This document shows positions 30,289 to 43,729 of a stretch of DNA of 64,000 bases, piece by piece. The DNA comes from the human T2T-CHM13v2.0 reference genome, Homo sapiens. Position 1 is the first letter of the stretch, and every line of letters starts with the position of its first letter. Position numbers and translations under genes: made by a program. The notes beneath the pieces are model-generated. The model was not told the DNA's origin. It saw only the letters and a list, made by a program, of their open reading frames with translations, and searched no databases. The stretch is from NCBI RefSeq assembly GCF_009914755.1, contig NC_060947.1; one strand, written 5' to 3'.

Positions 30289-30499
30289 ATCATAGTTATA
30301 CTCAAGGCATGAGAGAATTTGTAGTTCTTATTAAAATAAAATCTCAAACATTGTTGTAACAGAGACTAAAGAATACTAAAATCACATTGACAACATCAAC
30401 AATTAACGAATCTTACCTCTACAGTTTACTTGGATGTGCAGTAGAAATAGTCAAAACTTTGCAGTCAGGAAGAAAGAAACAAAAGTGGAAAGAGGCAAA

Positions 30500-30720
30500 A
30501 TGCAACATTTATTGAATATCTACTATGTGCTAGACTATTGCAAATACATTATCTTATTTGATCCTTGCATTTCCTTGCAAGTTTGGTGTTATTATCCCTA
30601 TTTGAGAGCTGAGGAAACTTGCCATAATAAAACAGAGACTAGGATTTGAACTTGCCATAATAAAACAGAGACTAGGATTTGAACCCAGGTGTGTCTGATC
30701 CCATTTACTATGCTGCTTAA
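30500..30720 (-). mobile_element. MIR SINE containing a 33 bp tandem duplication
   Basis: acatttattgaatatctactatgtgctagac...ggatttgaacccagg. Confidence 0.8.
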
Positions 30721-31081
30721 GTGCTTTTGGAAAAACTGACTTAATTTATTGAAACAGGAGATAGTAATAAAAATATCATGCCAAACTTGCATCAGGATTT
30801 TTTGAGGAATGAATTCAGGCATTAGAATTTTTTAAAGTGCCAAAAGTGATTCCAGGGTGTAGCCAGAATTGAGAATGACTAAAAAGGGAAATGAGATTCT
30901 CCAAGTGGAAATATATTGGTCTGGGAGACCTTACTTTAGTTCTCTATTAGTTTTTCCTGTGACATCTGCAAGCCATCCAGCCACTCTGGTTTTCTTATCT
31001 CTTTTGTATGTAAATTTCAATATTTACCCCATTTACATATACCTGAGGTTTACCACACCTGAGTTCAAACTGGGAAACAGT

Positions 31082-31400
31082 TATTTATTATTCATTCAAC
31101 TAATAAATACTGTTTCCTTGCTATGTGTAAGGCACTATTCCAGATACTTGAGATACATCAGCAAATAAAAAAGATTCATGTTGCCATGGAGCTTACATAC
31201 TAAAGAGGAGACAAAGGCAATAAAAATTAGAAATGTAATTGATACAGTATGTTAAAAGATGGTCAGTGAAAACATAAGAATTAGGGGACTCAAGGCATAG
31301 AATAGGGAAAGGAAAAGGTGAGAAGAGTTTTAATTTAAATAGGGGATTATAAAGATCTCATAAACAAGGTGAATATATATAAAAGTATTGTAGAAACATG
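31082..31400 (-). mobile_element. L2a 3' end
   Basis: ttattcattcaac...ctatgtgtaaggcactattc...catggagcttacat. Confidence 0.75.
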
Positions 31401-32329
31401 AGAATAATATATGAACCTAAGATGATGCTATAGTACAGTTCTAGACTCCTGATCTAAGAAGATAAATTAAAGCCATATGCTAATATCTACACTGGTGGAT
31501 AAGTATTTTCATTAAAATATATTAGCTATTATAGAAGACAATATTTTGGTTATAACTTCACACTATCAATTAGACTTTTAAAAATCATTTTCTTGACCAA
31601 TTTTCACCAATTGTTTGAACCTGGCTTGATTAATAGTGCTATAATGCTCTGTCATGTACCTGAAATCCAAACTATTAGTTAATATAGTCTATTCAGTCTC
31701 CACTTAAGACAAAAATTGTACAAAGTTAATTATTTGATTATGTTTTAAAATGGTAAATTCAGTATCCCTCTATGGCTATACCATATATTCAGCTGACATT
31801 TTGTGCTGTCTTCTGGCTTTACAGCTTCTGACCATGTCCATATGCCATTGCACTCACATAACATTGTGAGATAATAAAGATGTGTCAGCTGCCAGTTTTG
31901 TCAATGTGGTTTTACTATTCATTAAGTCTCCTTTGTGGGCTATTCCATGTTTTTGTACTTTAATAGAACTATCAATTTCCATATATCTTCTAGATAATTA
32001 TGACCATATTGTGAGATTTCTGAATTAATAACACAGCATTTGTTGTCATGTACTTAAAAAGCAGAAAAAAATTCTTTTTAAAAAAGTTTGTCTTGTTTTC
32101 AGAATTCAAACTTTTGTCCATTTATCTCCTTCTTGTAAATCTTATGCCATTTATGTTAGCCATCTGGGTTCCCTGGTGTTCCCAATCTACTCAGCGACCT
32201 TCAGAGAGGCCAAGAAGCCATAGTTATGCAGTTAATACTTGACATGGATTTAGCTACATACTCGGATTCTGTGTGGCATTTAACGATGGCTGTCTCACTC
32301 CAGAAGTGAAATAATACTGGTGATGGAGA

Positions 32330-32640
32330 GCCATCTGTTACCCTTGAGTATTTTGCGTATTGTTTCTCTAACCTTAATTCCCTTCCTTCACTCATTTTGC
32401 TCACTCTGCTCTTGCCACTTGCTGTTCCTTAAACAAATCAAATATGCTCCAAGCTCAGGACATTTGCATTTGCTGTTCCTGATGCTCAGGAAATTTCCCC
32501 AGCTACCCACATGGCAAACTTCCTCACTTCTTTTAACTCTCATGTCACCACAGAGGTGTACATATATATCCTATGGAAACTATTTCTACCCTACTGTTTC
32601 AACTCTATCCCTTAACCAGAGCTGTAACATTGGGAATTAT
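32330..32640 (+). mobile_element. L2 fragment
   Basis: cttgctgttccttaaaca...ctcaggacatttgcatttgctgttcc. Confidence 0.65.
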
Positions 32641-32652
32641 ATGCTGAATTCT

Positions 32653-32840
32653 CATACATATATATATATATATAAAATACACATACATACTATACACATA
32701 TGTATGTATGTGTATAGTAAAAAACTATGTACTATATACATACATATACGTACTATATACATAGTACATACTATATACATAGTACATACTATATACATAG
32801 TACATACTATATACATACATACTATGTGTATAGTAAAAAA

Positions 32841-32905
<65 letters not shown>
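32653..32905. repeat. Compound (TA)/(CA) microsatellite with an 18 bp minisatellite (tactatatacatagtaca)
   Basis: Seen directly. It produces the TIYIVH repeats in the ORF track. Confidence 0.9.
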
Positions 32906-32910
<5 letters not shown>

Positions 32911-32999
32911 GTATGGGCACCAGCAAAATAGGGTCACCAAAACATTTTTAAAAAGTAATTTGATGTCATCAAAGTAGTCACCATGAGACTTTCTTAAAC

Positions 33000-33100
33000 T
33001 TATTTTATTTGATTTAATTTTTATTTTATTTTAAGTTCCAGGATATATGTGCAGGTTTGTTACATGGGCAAATGTGTGCCGCGGTGGTTTGCTGCACCTA
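33000..33100 (-). mobile_element. Short L1PA 3' end
   Basis: ttttaagttccaggatatatgtgcaggtttgttacat...gtggtttgctgcaccta. Confidence 0.85.
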
Positions 33101-34370
33101 GGAATGGAAGTGGGAACTATTGTGTTTTTATTGATTTAGATCTCTAAAGGTGTTACTCCTGCCCTAAAACTGTCATCATTCTTTTAAAAAGCATGTTCCA
33201 TGTTAAGTGCATAGAGGTATACAACATGCATTTTATTTAGCCATTTAAAATGAATATTGCTGATTTCATTATCTTACAAGACAAGGACCCTCAAATACAT
33301 TTTCCCCCTCACTTCCTTGTTTTAAAGTATCATATTCAGGACCTTGTTTTATGTTTTTAAATTGGTGGTAACCACAGATACTAATCAGACTGTAGTTAAT
33401 CTTATTCTAGATTTAAAGGTGACTCCATAGGACATAAAATGTACTGAATCTGAACTATAAGAGAAGCTACTAGTCTCTATCATCTGTCTTTCTTTAGTGT
33501 ATTTGTGTGTCCTACTATTCTAAAGGCTGCTGTTTAAAGATGAAAGGTAGAGGAACTGTGCAAGTTAGTGTTGAATGAACAATATGGCTGGACCAGACAT
33601 ATAATTAAAGACTTCATGAGGTGCCTGCTTCTTATACATATATATTTTTCTATCCCAAGTCATTGTTGATCCCATACAACTCAGTCCCTTTCATTTCCAC
33701 TTTTCCTTCATCAGCATATTAATGCTGTTCATCACCATTCTTTAGAAATGTGTCACATATTGCATTCTCCATCCTTTGAAACATATCGTCTCATCTGGAA
33801 CTATTCAATAGCTGCAATTTGATGATTCTGGGCTGCTGAGCACAACTGATCAGCACATTAAACTGCTAGGAGACTCTTCTCTGGAGTAGACAGAATTCTT
33901 TCCAATGTAGTCCTAAGGGGCCCTCCGGTAATGAAAAATAGAAATTTGAAGTCCTTTCTACCTATCTGTTGCGAGGCAGCTCTAAATGGAGTCCCAATAG
34001 TTTTTCTTTTCCCATAACCCATATTAAAGCAAATCAAGTATAAGGCAGTAGAAGTTGGAGCTTGACTAGCGATTCTGCCATTATCAATTTAAGAAGTATT
34101 TTAAAGTCTATTCATTTTCAGATATAATGCAATAAAGAAATTTGATGTATGCAAGAATGTTATGTATTCTTAAACTGCTATAACTAACCTAACTCAGTTA
34201 AAAACAAAATTGTCCACACAGACATTCACATATATAATATTAAAAGAAAAAAACTTACCCTTTTACAAACTTAAAAAGTATTCTTGAACTTAAAGGAACC
34301 TTTTATGTTTCCCCACCCGCACTGTATCAAGCCTAACCTGAACACATTTTGAAGATAAGACAGCTCTAGC

Positions 34371-34713
<343 letters not shown>

Positions 34714-36104
34714 TCAATTTAAAATTATTGGTTTGAAGACAGATATTTCTGATTTTATATATATTTTCCATGATAGAATCTTTAAAATTAATGAGTTGTT
34801 AGGATGAATAAATCTGCAGTTGAATTGTAAGTATTTCAATGGCAATATTTTTAGAGACGAAACAAAATGATGATGAATTTGGTTGTGTGCGACAATTGAA
34901 AATTAGTGTGCTCTAATTGCCTATGGTATTCTTTTATTGCCTCTGACTAATTATTGTATAGAGTTACTTTATGCAGCTTCAGTTCTCCCAAATTTTATCC
35001 TAGAGATAGCTGCATGCTGCACTGGCAAATGATTGATGTATTTGTTTGTAAACACAAGGAAATTATAAGGCATTATTGTCTGGAAACACCTATGAAGATA
35101 CAGTACAGTTAATTTTTTTAATGGTTTAGTATCTTGTTAGCTCACATGTTATTTCCTTCAATTTCTTTTATACTATTCTATCTTAACCAATATTATTTTT
35201 TGCATTAAACTAAAATGGATCTTCTGAGATAATTGTGTTGCTTTAGAAGTTCTTTAATGGAAGACAAAAGCCGAGATATTTTTGATTAATAGTATTCCTT
35301 CACATTTCTTATGCCCTTACGTTGGTAAAGATTATACCAATTATTTTGGTAAAATGTAAAATGCCTTTTTTAGTTTTGCATCCTGAGAGTGACCTCATTG
35401 CCAAAACAACAATTTCTTAAAGATCCAATTGTGACTCTGTTTAACATACTTTTTACTTTGGAGGCTTGCCAAAAGAATTGCAAATTAGTGAGCCATCTTT
35501 AAATGAAAGTTCTACACAGCCTCACAACCATAAGTTAGAAATTGTAGAGAAAACAACAGCCTCTGAGGTATTGTATTAGCAGTACATGACAGGTACTCAT
35601 AGCATACCACTCATCCAAAACAGACAACCTGAACAGCAAGATAAAAAATGTATGCATGGATTACTAAAAGAAGTTTCTCTAAATTTCAAGAATAAAATTC
35701 CATGTTAATTTTATTTTCTATTACCTGCTTGTCACTCGAATTCAACATTCTATGTTGGTGGCAAGAAAAAACTTAAAAACTAGAGTATTTTGCACTTTCT
35801 GGAGTTTGGCAATTAACTTTGTTTTCAAACTGCACCTGAGGAAAAAAAAATTATTTTTAATCTTCAAATGGTTGCATCTAAGTCATAAGCACTAGGTTTA
35901 CTTTTCAAACCAAAGGTATGATGGCAATAATATGTTTAATAAGATTAAGCTATTACATAGGTCCTTCTATTCATAAGCCCACATTACTGGTATACCCTGA
36001 GCCCCATAATGTAAGTTACTTTATAATTTCAACTGAGTTCTAATTACTATACTTAGATTTTAATTTGTGAATGAATAAAGTGACATTGTCATTTAAAAGA
36101 ACTT

Positions 36105-36660
36105 TCTTGGATGTAGAGCAAAGGGAACTCTCAAACACTGTTGGTGGAGATGTAAATTGTTACAACCTCTGTGGAAAACATTATGGAGATTTCTCAAATA
36201 ACTAAATATAGAACTACCATTCAACCCAAGAATCCCACTAATGGGTTTCTACCCAAAATAAAATATATCATTATATCAAAAAGATACCTGCACTCATATG
36301 TTTATTGCAGTACTATTCACAATAACAAAGTTATGTAATCAACCTGAATATCCATCAATGGACAACTGGGTAAAGAAAATGTGGTACACATACACTGTGG
36401 AATACTACTCAGCCATAAAGAAGAATGAAATTATGTCCTTTGCAAAAACATAGATGAACCTGGAGTCCATTATTCCAAGTGAAAACTCAGAAACAGAAAG
36501 TAAAATATCGTATGTTCTCACTTATAAATGGGGGCTAAACAATGTGTATACCTGAACATAGAGGATGGAATCATACACACTGGAGACTTCAAATAGTGGT
36601 AGGGTGGAAGGCAGGTGAGGGATGAAAAATTACCTATTGGGTACAAAGTATACAATTCAG
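36105..36660 (+). mobile_element. L1PB-like 3' fragment lacking its terminal end
   Basis: aaaaagatacctgcactcatatg, gagggatgaaaaattacctattgggtac. Confidence 0.85.
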
Positions 36661-37372
36661 TTTACCCAAAACCTTCTCTCATAACTTCCGTTTACATACA
36701 CTTTGATTATGCATGAAAATTATCGTTTTTGTACTATGCCATCTTCTTTGAGGTTACCTCTACACGCCATCATTGAAAACTACGCCAGCAGCAGGCTGAT
36801 TCCTCATAGGTTATGGTGAATAAGCTGTAGGGAGGAAGGCAGATCTGAGGAAATCTACTCTAAAGATTGGCATACTTCTTTACGGAGTGAGTGCTCTGTT
36901 ACTTGCACTGTGGTGGGTAACAAGATGAATGAGAAAAAGATACTGCATTCAAATGCTCCTATTATCCAGTAGAAGTGATGAAAAAGCTGCATGAACATAT
37001 CGTGCATAATAAAAGGGGAATATTCTAAAGGACATTTTCAATCCGATGTTTTAAATGCCAAAGCAATAGCAACAAGACAAAGGAAAACACCTTGCTGCAC
37101 ACCCCCACACACACCTTATAGTATACACACATATATAAATGAAATACTGCTTCCTGTCTTCCTTCCTCATTGTTATTCCTTTCCATAATATCTAAAACCG
37201 ACCTTCTTACATGTAAAAAGTCTATTCCATACTATCACAAAATATGTTTCTTATTCATCAACTTTTTTTTAGCAACCGCTATGTGCTAGGCTTTGAGCTA
37301 GTGTTTGGTGATCCAGAAGTGAGTACCTACATGGTAGCTTTTGAGGATACCTAAGGAGCTTACATTCTAGCG

Positions 37373-37637
37373 CTGTGCTGTTCAGTGTTGTAGCCATTAG
37401 CCAGTTGTGGCTATTTAGCAACTGAAATGTGACTAATCCAAATTTAGATGTTCTATAAGTATGAAAATACATACCAGATTTTGAACATTTATTACGAAAG
37501 ATATATAAAACAGCTCATTACTAATTTTCTATATTGATGAAAAGTTAAAAAAATAAGATTTTGGATTAAATAGTTAAATAACATATATTAACATTAATTT
37601 ATTTCACCAGGTTTCCCTTTTTACTTTTTCAATGTCA
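37373..37637 (+). mobile_element. MER33 (hAT-Charlie) fragment
   Basis: ctgtgctgttcag...gtagccattagcca...tgtggctattt...aaatacataccagatttt. Confidence 0.8.
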
Positions 37638-37899
37638 GTTTACTCATTTGTGAAGTGGTTAAATTAATATTCACCATGAAAGGTTGTTGAAAGAATGAAA
37701 GTAGAGACATGTATATGGCAAGAAACATAATACCTAAAATTTCATGATTGTTCAATAAATCTTACTTCAATTTCTCTATTTTCTCTAATTTCTCAAAATG
37801 TCATACTTACTTTGTGCAAGGTGAACATTTCAAGCAATCTGAATTCTTCAAATTGAAAGCAAAAATACCTCTTTCTCTCCCCTAATCTCACTTTTAAGT

Positions 37900-38950
37900 C
37901 TCCAATATAGCATATGAATATATATCCTATAAGAATGCATTTGTATCCATTTAAAACAAACAAGATAATTCAATTTCACTAGTGCACTTTGGATTTTTAA
38001 ATTAATATATTTTGACCTTTCATATCAGCACAGATAGATTTAACATTCTTTTGAAAGCAAATGTAGATATAACACATTTTTAAAACAATGTTACAGTATC
38101 CATTGTGTGGATGTACCATAAGCATTTAGGTTCTCATTCACTTATTAAGGGGCATGTTGTTTGTTTTCATTTAGAAACAAAGACTTATTCACTCTTTCTA
38201 TTTTTTTGGTACCCATTAATTTGATAGCACAATAGGGGGACTACAGTCAATAATAACTTAATTGTACATTTTAAGATAATTTGAAGAGTGTAATTGGATT
38301 GTTTGTATCTCAAAGGATAAATACTTGAGGTGATGGATACCTCATTATTCATGATGTGCTTAATTTCACATTGCATGCCTGTATCAAAACATCTCATGTA
38401 TTTTATAAATATATACACCTACTATGTACTCACAAAAATTAAAAAATTAAAAAATACAAAGACATATATTTTTAAATGTCTATCTTTTCAAGCTTGTGCA
38501 AATACATTGGTAGGATATATTCCTAGAGCAAACTTAGCTGAATCAAATAGTAGGGGTATAAACACAGATATTGCCAAATAGCTCTCCAACTCCATTTTGA
38601 GCATTTTATATTTTTAGACTTTCTCACATTTGTCAATCTGATAGGTAAAAATGTGTGGTTTTGTTTTAATATTCAATTTTTTAAATTATTTGTGAAGTTC
38701 TATATTTTTCTCATTTATTAATATTAAGCTTCTGTGAGCTGTATGATAATATTCATTGGCAATTAATAAACCTCATTTATCTATTACTTAGACATTTGTA
38801 GAAAATCTTATCATGTTATAAACATTATGGGTTTTTTTCTGTTAAGTGCTTTAAAAAATGAATGGATGAATGAACAAGTTTCTACTATTTTCTAAATTTG
38901 TTATTTTAGTGTATTTGACTTTGTTTATATGTTGACATGCAAAATTTGTC
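37900..38950 (-). mobile_element. Old L1ME fragments
   Basis: cattgtgtggatgtaccata, ggatatattcctagag, gtcaatctgatagg. Confidence 0.6.
38185..38455 (+). mobile_element. L1MA (MA1/2-like) 3' tail with an inverted 5' piece of about 35 bp
   Basis: tttgatagcacaatag...atatatacacctactatgtactcac plus A tail. TSD acaaagac at 38177-38184 and 38456-38463. Confidence 0.88.
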
Positions 38951-39726
38951 AGTATTTATCTGTAAATGTTTGTTAAACAAATGATGAATTCTTGATTAAG
39001 CTGAACTAATACTAAACTAAATCCTCATGAGGTCTTCTGGCCAATGATTATTTTACTTCTCTTAAAGACCTTTAATACTAAACCCTAAAAGAAACCTTGC
39101 AGAGTTCTTCAGAGGCTGCATTTCACAGACTTGAAGGAAATATAAAGCAAAATGAAGTTTTCTTGTTACTATTTTCTATAGAAATAGTCATTATTAGCTG
39201 ACATCAAGTTGAAACCAATTATTTATTGGTGATCCTTTTCTTCTTAGACCTCATTCAGACTTGATAGAGACAATCTGTGAAATCCCTTCTTTTATGATGA
39301 CTAAACACTAAAATTCCTCTGGTGGTTCTGTGTGATTTATGTATGGCTATAAACATAAGTCATGTAAGACAATAAAGTCTAAACCACTTATAACAATGAC
39401 TCATAGGCTGCCATACTGTATGTGAGATTTAGAAAGAGCATACAACTATTTTGTCACCTTATTCCTAAACACATAAACGAATTGCAGATTACACTTATCT
39501 AAGATAAAATAGAGAGGCTAACATTAGCCAAGACTACCACTTTATAGATGAAAACCATGCATGAAGAGACCTTAACACAAAATCTTTCTCAACTGTAGAA
39601 ACAGTTTTATTAAGGCAGACAATTAGATCATCCCAAAAAGAGATAAAACTCACAAGTGTCTTGATTTGTAGGAGAATGAAAACCCAAACAGGACACATAC
39701 ATATTTAAAAAATATATGACTAAGTA

Positions 39727-40152
39727 CAGTTGACCCTTGGACAACACAAACTTGAACTGTGTAGGTCAATTTATATGTGAATATTTTTCCACCTCCGCCA
39801 TCCCTGAGATGGCAAGACCAACCCCTCCTCTTGTTCTTACTCAGTCTACTCAACTTGAAGACAAAGATGAAGACATTTATGATGACCTACTTCTACTTAA
39901 GGAATAATGAATATATTTTCTCATTCTTATGATTTTCTTAATTACATTTTATTTAGCTTACTTTAAGAATACAGTATATAATATCTATAACACAAAAATA
40001 TATGCTAATCGATGGTTTATGGTATCAGTAAGACTTGTGGTCAACAGTAGGCTATTAGTAGTTAAGTTTTTGGAAAGTCAAAAGTTATATGAGGATTTTC
40101 AACTGTGTGTGGGTCAATGCCCCTAAGCCCTGTATTGTGCAAGAGTCAACTG
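39727..40152 (+). mobile_element. Tigger2a-type non-autonomous DNA transposon
   Basis: TIRs cagttgacccttg...caagagtcaactg with TA on both sides. About 430 bp. Confidence 0.88.
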
Positions 40153-40315
40153 TATTAGTGCCAGACTGGGTTTGGAGGTAGAGAGATTATTACAAAATTA
40201 GACACCTTTATACAAGAATGCATGTTATCTCCTAGGTAATAATGATATATAGTTTGTGTATTTTGATACTGAATTTGTAAAATCCTTCACATTAGATGGA
40301 AGTAAGGCTTATTAT

Positions 40316-40504
40316 ATAGGTTGATGCAAAAGTAATTGTGTTTTTTTGCCATTACAGGTAATCCTCATGAGATCTTCTGGCCAATGATTATTTAATTTCT
40401 CTAAAGTAAAGACCTTTAATACTAAACCCTAAGAGAAAGCTTGCAGAGTTATTTTGTCATTAAAGGTAATGGCAAAAACCGCAATTACTTTTGCACCAAT
40501 CTAA
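40316..40504. mobile_element. MADE1 (Hsmar1 MITE) with an internal foreign insert of about 90 bp
   Basis: TIRs taggttgatgcaaaagtaattg... and ...gcaattacttttgcaccaatctaa. Confidence 0.92.
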
Positions 40505-40916
40505 TATATAATTGAATTCTTTCATGAGAACAGTAAAGCTCAGATATGACCATTTTTAAGGGGCTTACTGTGGAGAAAATGGGTAACAAAAGGAAAGATA
40601 AATATATCATTTTTAAAAAATTCACTGAACTCTAATCTTCTTGAAGTTAGAGTGCCCAGTTATTGCTGGATTCTGTGAAAGTCCTCCCCACATATTAGTA
40701 ACATGAATACTGATTTGGGAATGTTTTAAGAACATCGTAACACTCCCTGATGACACTGAAGACGTCTACAGATATTGCAAAGACAGGTTTAGGAATCCGT
40801 ACATTACCTACTGAGCCATCAGTAGAATAATCTTTGCCTTTTAGGCCTGGTAGCTCTATTATTTCTCCAAATATGGGGCCAAAAATAAAACAAAAATTAT
40901 TTCCCTTTAATGTCAT

Positions 40917-41457
40917 TTCTCTGGGGTTAGTGTATAGTAATTTCTAGAATCACATTTGTCACACTGGCAGCTACTCCTATTACAAACCTAATTAGCCGCC
41001 TGCATCCCCATTTCCCTTTAACTATTTAGGAATTCAGCATTGGTCAGAGAGAAGTTTGCTACCAAGGCTAAGGAATTGCAACATTGGCTTTTCCTGAAAA
41101 GCCCACCTTCTGAGTGTATGTCTCATTGCATTTTCAATTTGTATCTTCCTTTTGGTTTCAGTGGGGTGATTGTCAGCGTCAGATAAGAGATACAGAGATT
41201 AGGGGTGTTCATCATTTAAGAATCACTGTGAAAAGTCAGAGCAGAGGAGGATATTTTTGTAACACAGATGAAGCTTTGGGAAGGATGAAGAAGAGACACA
41301 ACCCAGTTCTCTGGTATTAGCGTGTAGTAACTTCACAGAACGACATTTCTTACACTGTCAGCTACTCCTATTGCAAACATCATTAGCCACTGCCATCCCA
41401 GTTTCTCTATAATTATATCAGAATTCAGCGTTAATCGGAGAGATGTTTGCCACCAAG
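40917..41457 (+). repeat. Diverged ~150 bp direct repeat pair (40917-41066 and 41307-41457)
   Basis: Manual alignment gives roughly 78% identity with one indel. Shared cores cagctactcctatt, attagcc, gaattcagc, gtttgc.accaag. Confidence 0.85.
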
Positions 41458-42779
41458 AAGACACAAAGCCCTGTGGACCTATTAGATCAAATTTTCAATG
41501 AAGAAAAATAAGTTTTATATCATCACTCACTAAAAGAATTCAATTACAGACACACTTTGTAATGAAATTTATTTTGGGAGAAGAAAAAAAGAAAAATGAG
41601 AGAAGCTATTTTTCATATTCTAGCTGATGTCTCTGACTGGAAAAGACTCACATTAAATATAAAAACCTATCTTTAAACAATATCAAGGATGTCAAACTGC
41701 CAAAAGCAAGATGTATATAGTTAAAATGAAAACTGCAGACACTTTTTAAAATAAAATAAGCTGAAACATCTTCTTCTGATATAGTCTCATTAAGAGAACT
41801 CTGCATTTAGATCTCTCTCTCTCTCTCTCTCTCTTTAATAGGACCACTGACCTTCTCTACTTGAATAATTATATATCACATTGTAAAGCAAAACTCCGGG
41901 AGCATCCATACTGGTGGGAGGCTAGATACTTCATACTCTCACTTTCCAAATTAAAAAAATAAATACAAAAATCCCATCCAAGAGAGAACTGGGTGTCTCA
42001 ATTTGGAAATTTTCACAGCGTGAGAAGAAATGAATAGCTACGTGTCTACTTTCAAGTCATTCTAAACATAACCTCAGCAGTTCAAGTATCAGAAAATAAA
42101 TAAATTAACAAGTGACATACTGATGAATTTCAAAGGAGGCAATCAGGAAGGTTTCAAATGTAACTATCACAAGACACTAATGCCTAAGGCACAATATTAA
42201 AAAGCAAGAAGGACCTCACAGAACCATACAATCTTGGTGACCCATCCAGAGGTTGCCTGACAATTGGCTTCAGTTTAGGAGCAAAGAGAGACAGCAAGAT
42301 CAAGGCAGGAATATGAAAATAAAATAGCAACAGAGAGAATTTTTAAATGCCCCAAATTAAACAGAAAGCCAGAAACAAATTATCCAGCAGTTTTCTGTGA
42401 CATTGGACCTTTGTGGATCAGCAGAATAACACAGGCAGCTGGATTACAGAGGTGCCAAATCCACCACTACTGCCTTGCACATCCCAGCCATGAACTAAAA
42501 CCCATCTGTGTGATGCTGGGCTGGAAAATCTCAGCATCTAAGTAGCTTCTTTGGTGTACTTCTTGCTACAACAGAAATTTGAAAGGAGAAAGGACTGGTC
42601 TATAATTAATCATTAATCACTTAGTATGAAGAGTTTTATGGACATCTGTACTTTAGTATGTTTTATGTCATTCACTGGTCAGTCAACAATCAATGCCCTG
42701 TATGAATGAAGTATAAAATAGGAATAGGTTTATATTATCTAAACCTAGATGATCATATCCAACCCCAAGTTATAAAATA

Positions 42780-43690
42780 GAGTCTATATATCAATGACCT
42801 TCCAAGTCTCTGTCTTTAGATTTGAAATTGCTCCTGAGCCCCAGATTTATATACACAATTGTCTTTTCCTTATTTGACAACTCTAGTTGGATCTAAAATT
42901 TAATATCTCCACTATCTTCCCACTTATTCAGACTAAATAATCCAGGAAATATTCTTGATTATTGTATTTCACTAATGTCCAAACTTTCTAGTCCATCATC
43001 AAATGCTGTTGGTTCTTCTAAAGTATATCACAAATGTATCTACTATTTGTACTCCCACTCTTACCAACCTCATCCAAGCCATGGTCATATTTTACCCATA
43101 GAACTGCAATAGTCTCCTAATGTATTCCCCTGCTCCCATTGGAAAATCTTCTACATTTTCCACCCAGTATCCAGAGTAATTTTTTAAAAGTAAAATAGTT
43201 CCTTTGCTCCTAGGCTGTCAAGTCTTCCAATGACTATTACAAGGATAAATTCTAAACTGTAAATCATGCCTGGCAAAGCCTTTGTTTAATCTACCCTGCT
43301 TTTCTTTATTTCATTAAATATGTAAATCTCATTTCCAATTAAGGGCCTATGCACTCGGCCATCTCTCTTCCTGTAATATTTAGGTATTTTCAAGGACAGC
43401 TCCTTGTCTGTAAGATCTCAGGTAACCAACCTCTAATTAGAGAGTAATTTCCTGGCCACCTAATTTAAATAGTCCCCAGTCATTTTTCATCTCATTCCCA
43501 CTCTTTATAACATGTATTACTATCCTTCCAAAAAATGCTTATTCCTTTATTCGTTTTAATGTTTGCCTCAAGATGAGAATGTAATCTCCATGAGAGCAAG
43601 AATGTTGTTTGCCAAATTCACTGCTGTATCTCCGTAACTAGACCAGTACTTTGCACGATGTAATAAACATCCAATGATTGAATGAAATAT
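42780..43690 (+). mobile_element. L2 3' portion
   Basis: actgcaatagtctcctaat, gaatgtaatctccatgagagcaag, tail tgattgaatgaa. Confidence 0.75.
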
Positions 43691-43729
43691 AATAACATAT
43701 ACATTTACCATCTGACTTAATATTATCCT

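Noticed and set aside
32320-32931. Longest ORF (203 aa)
   Set aside because: It is built from an L2 remnant plus TA/CA micro- and minisatellite, so it is a low-complexity artefact.
40695-40916. 73 aa ORF in unique sequence
   Set aside because: It has no recognisable domain or gene structure.
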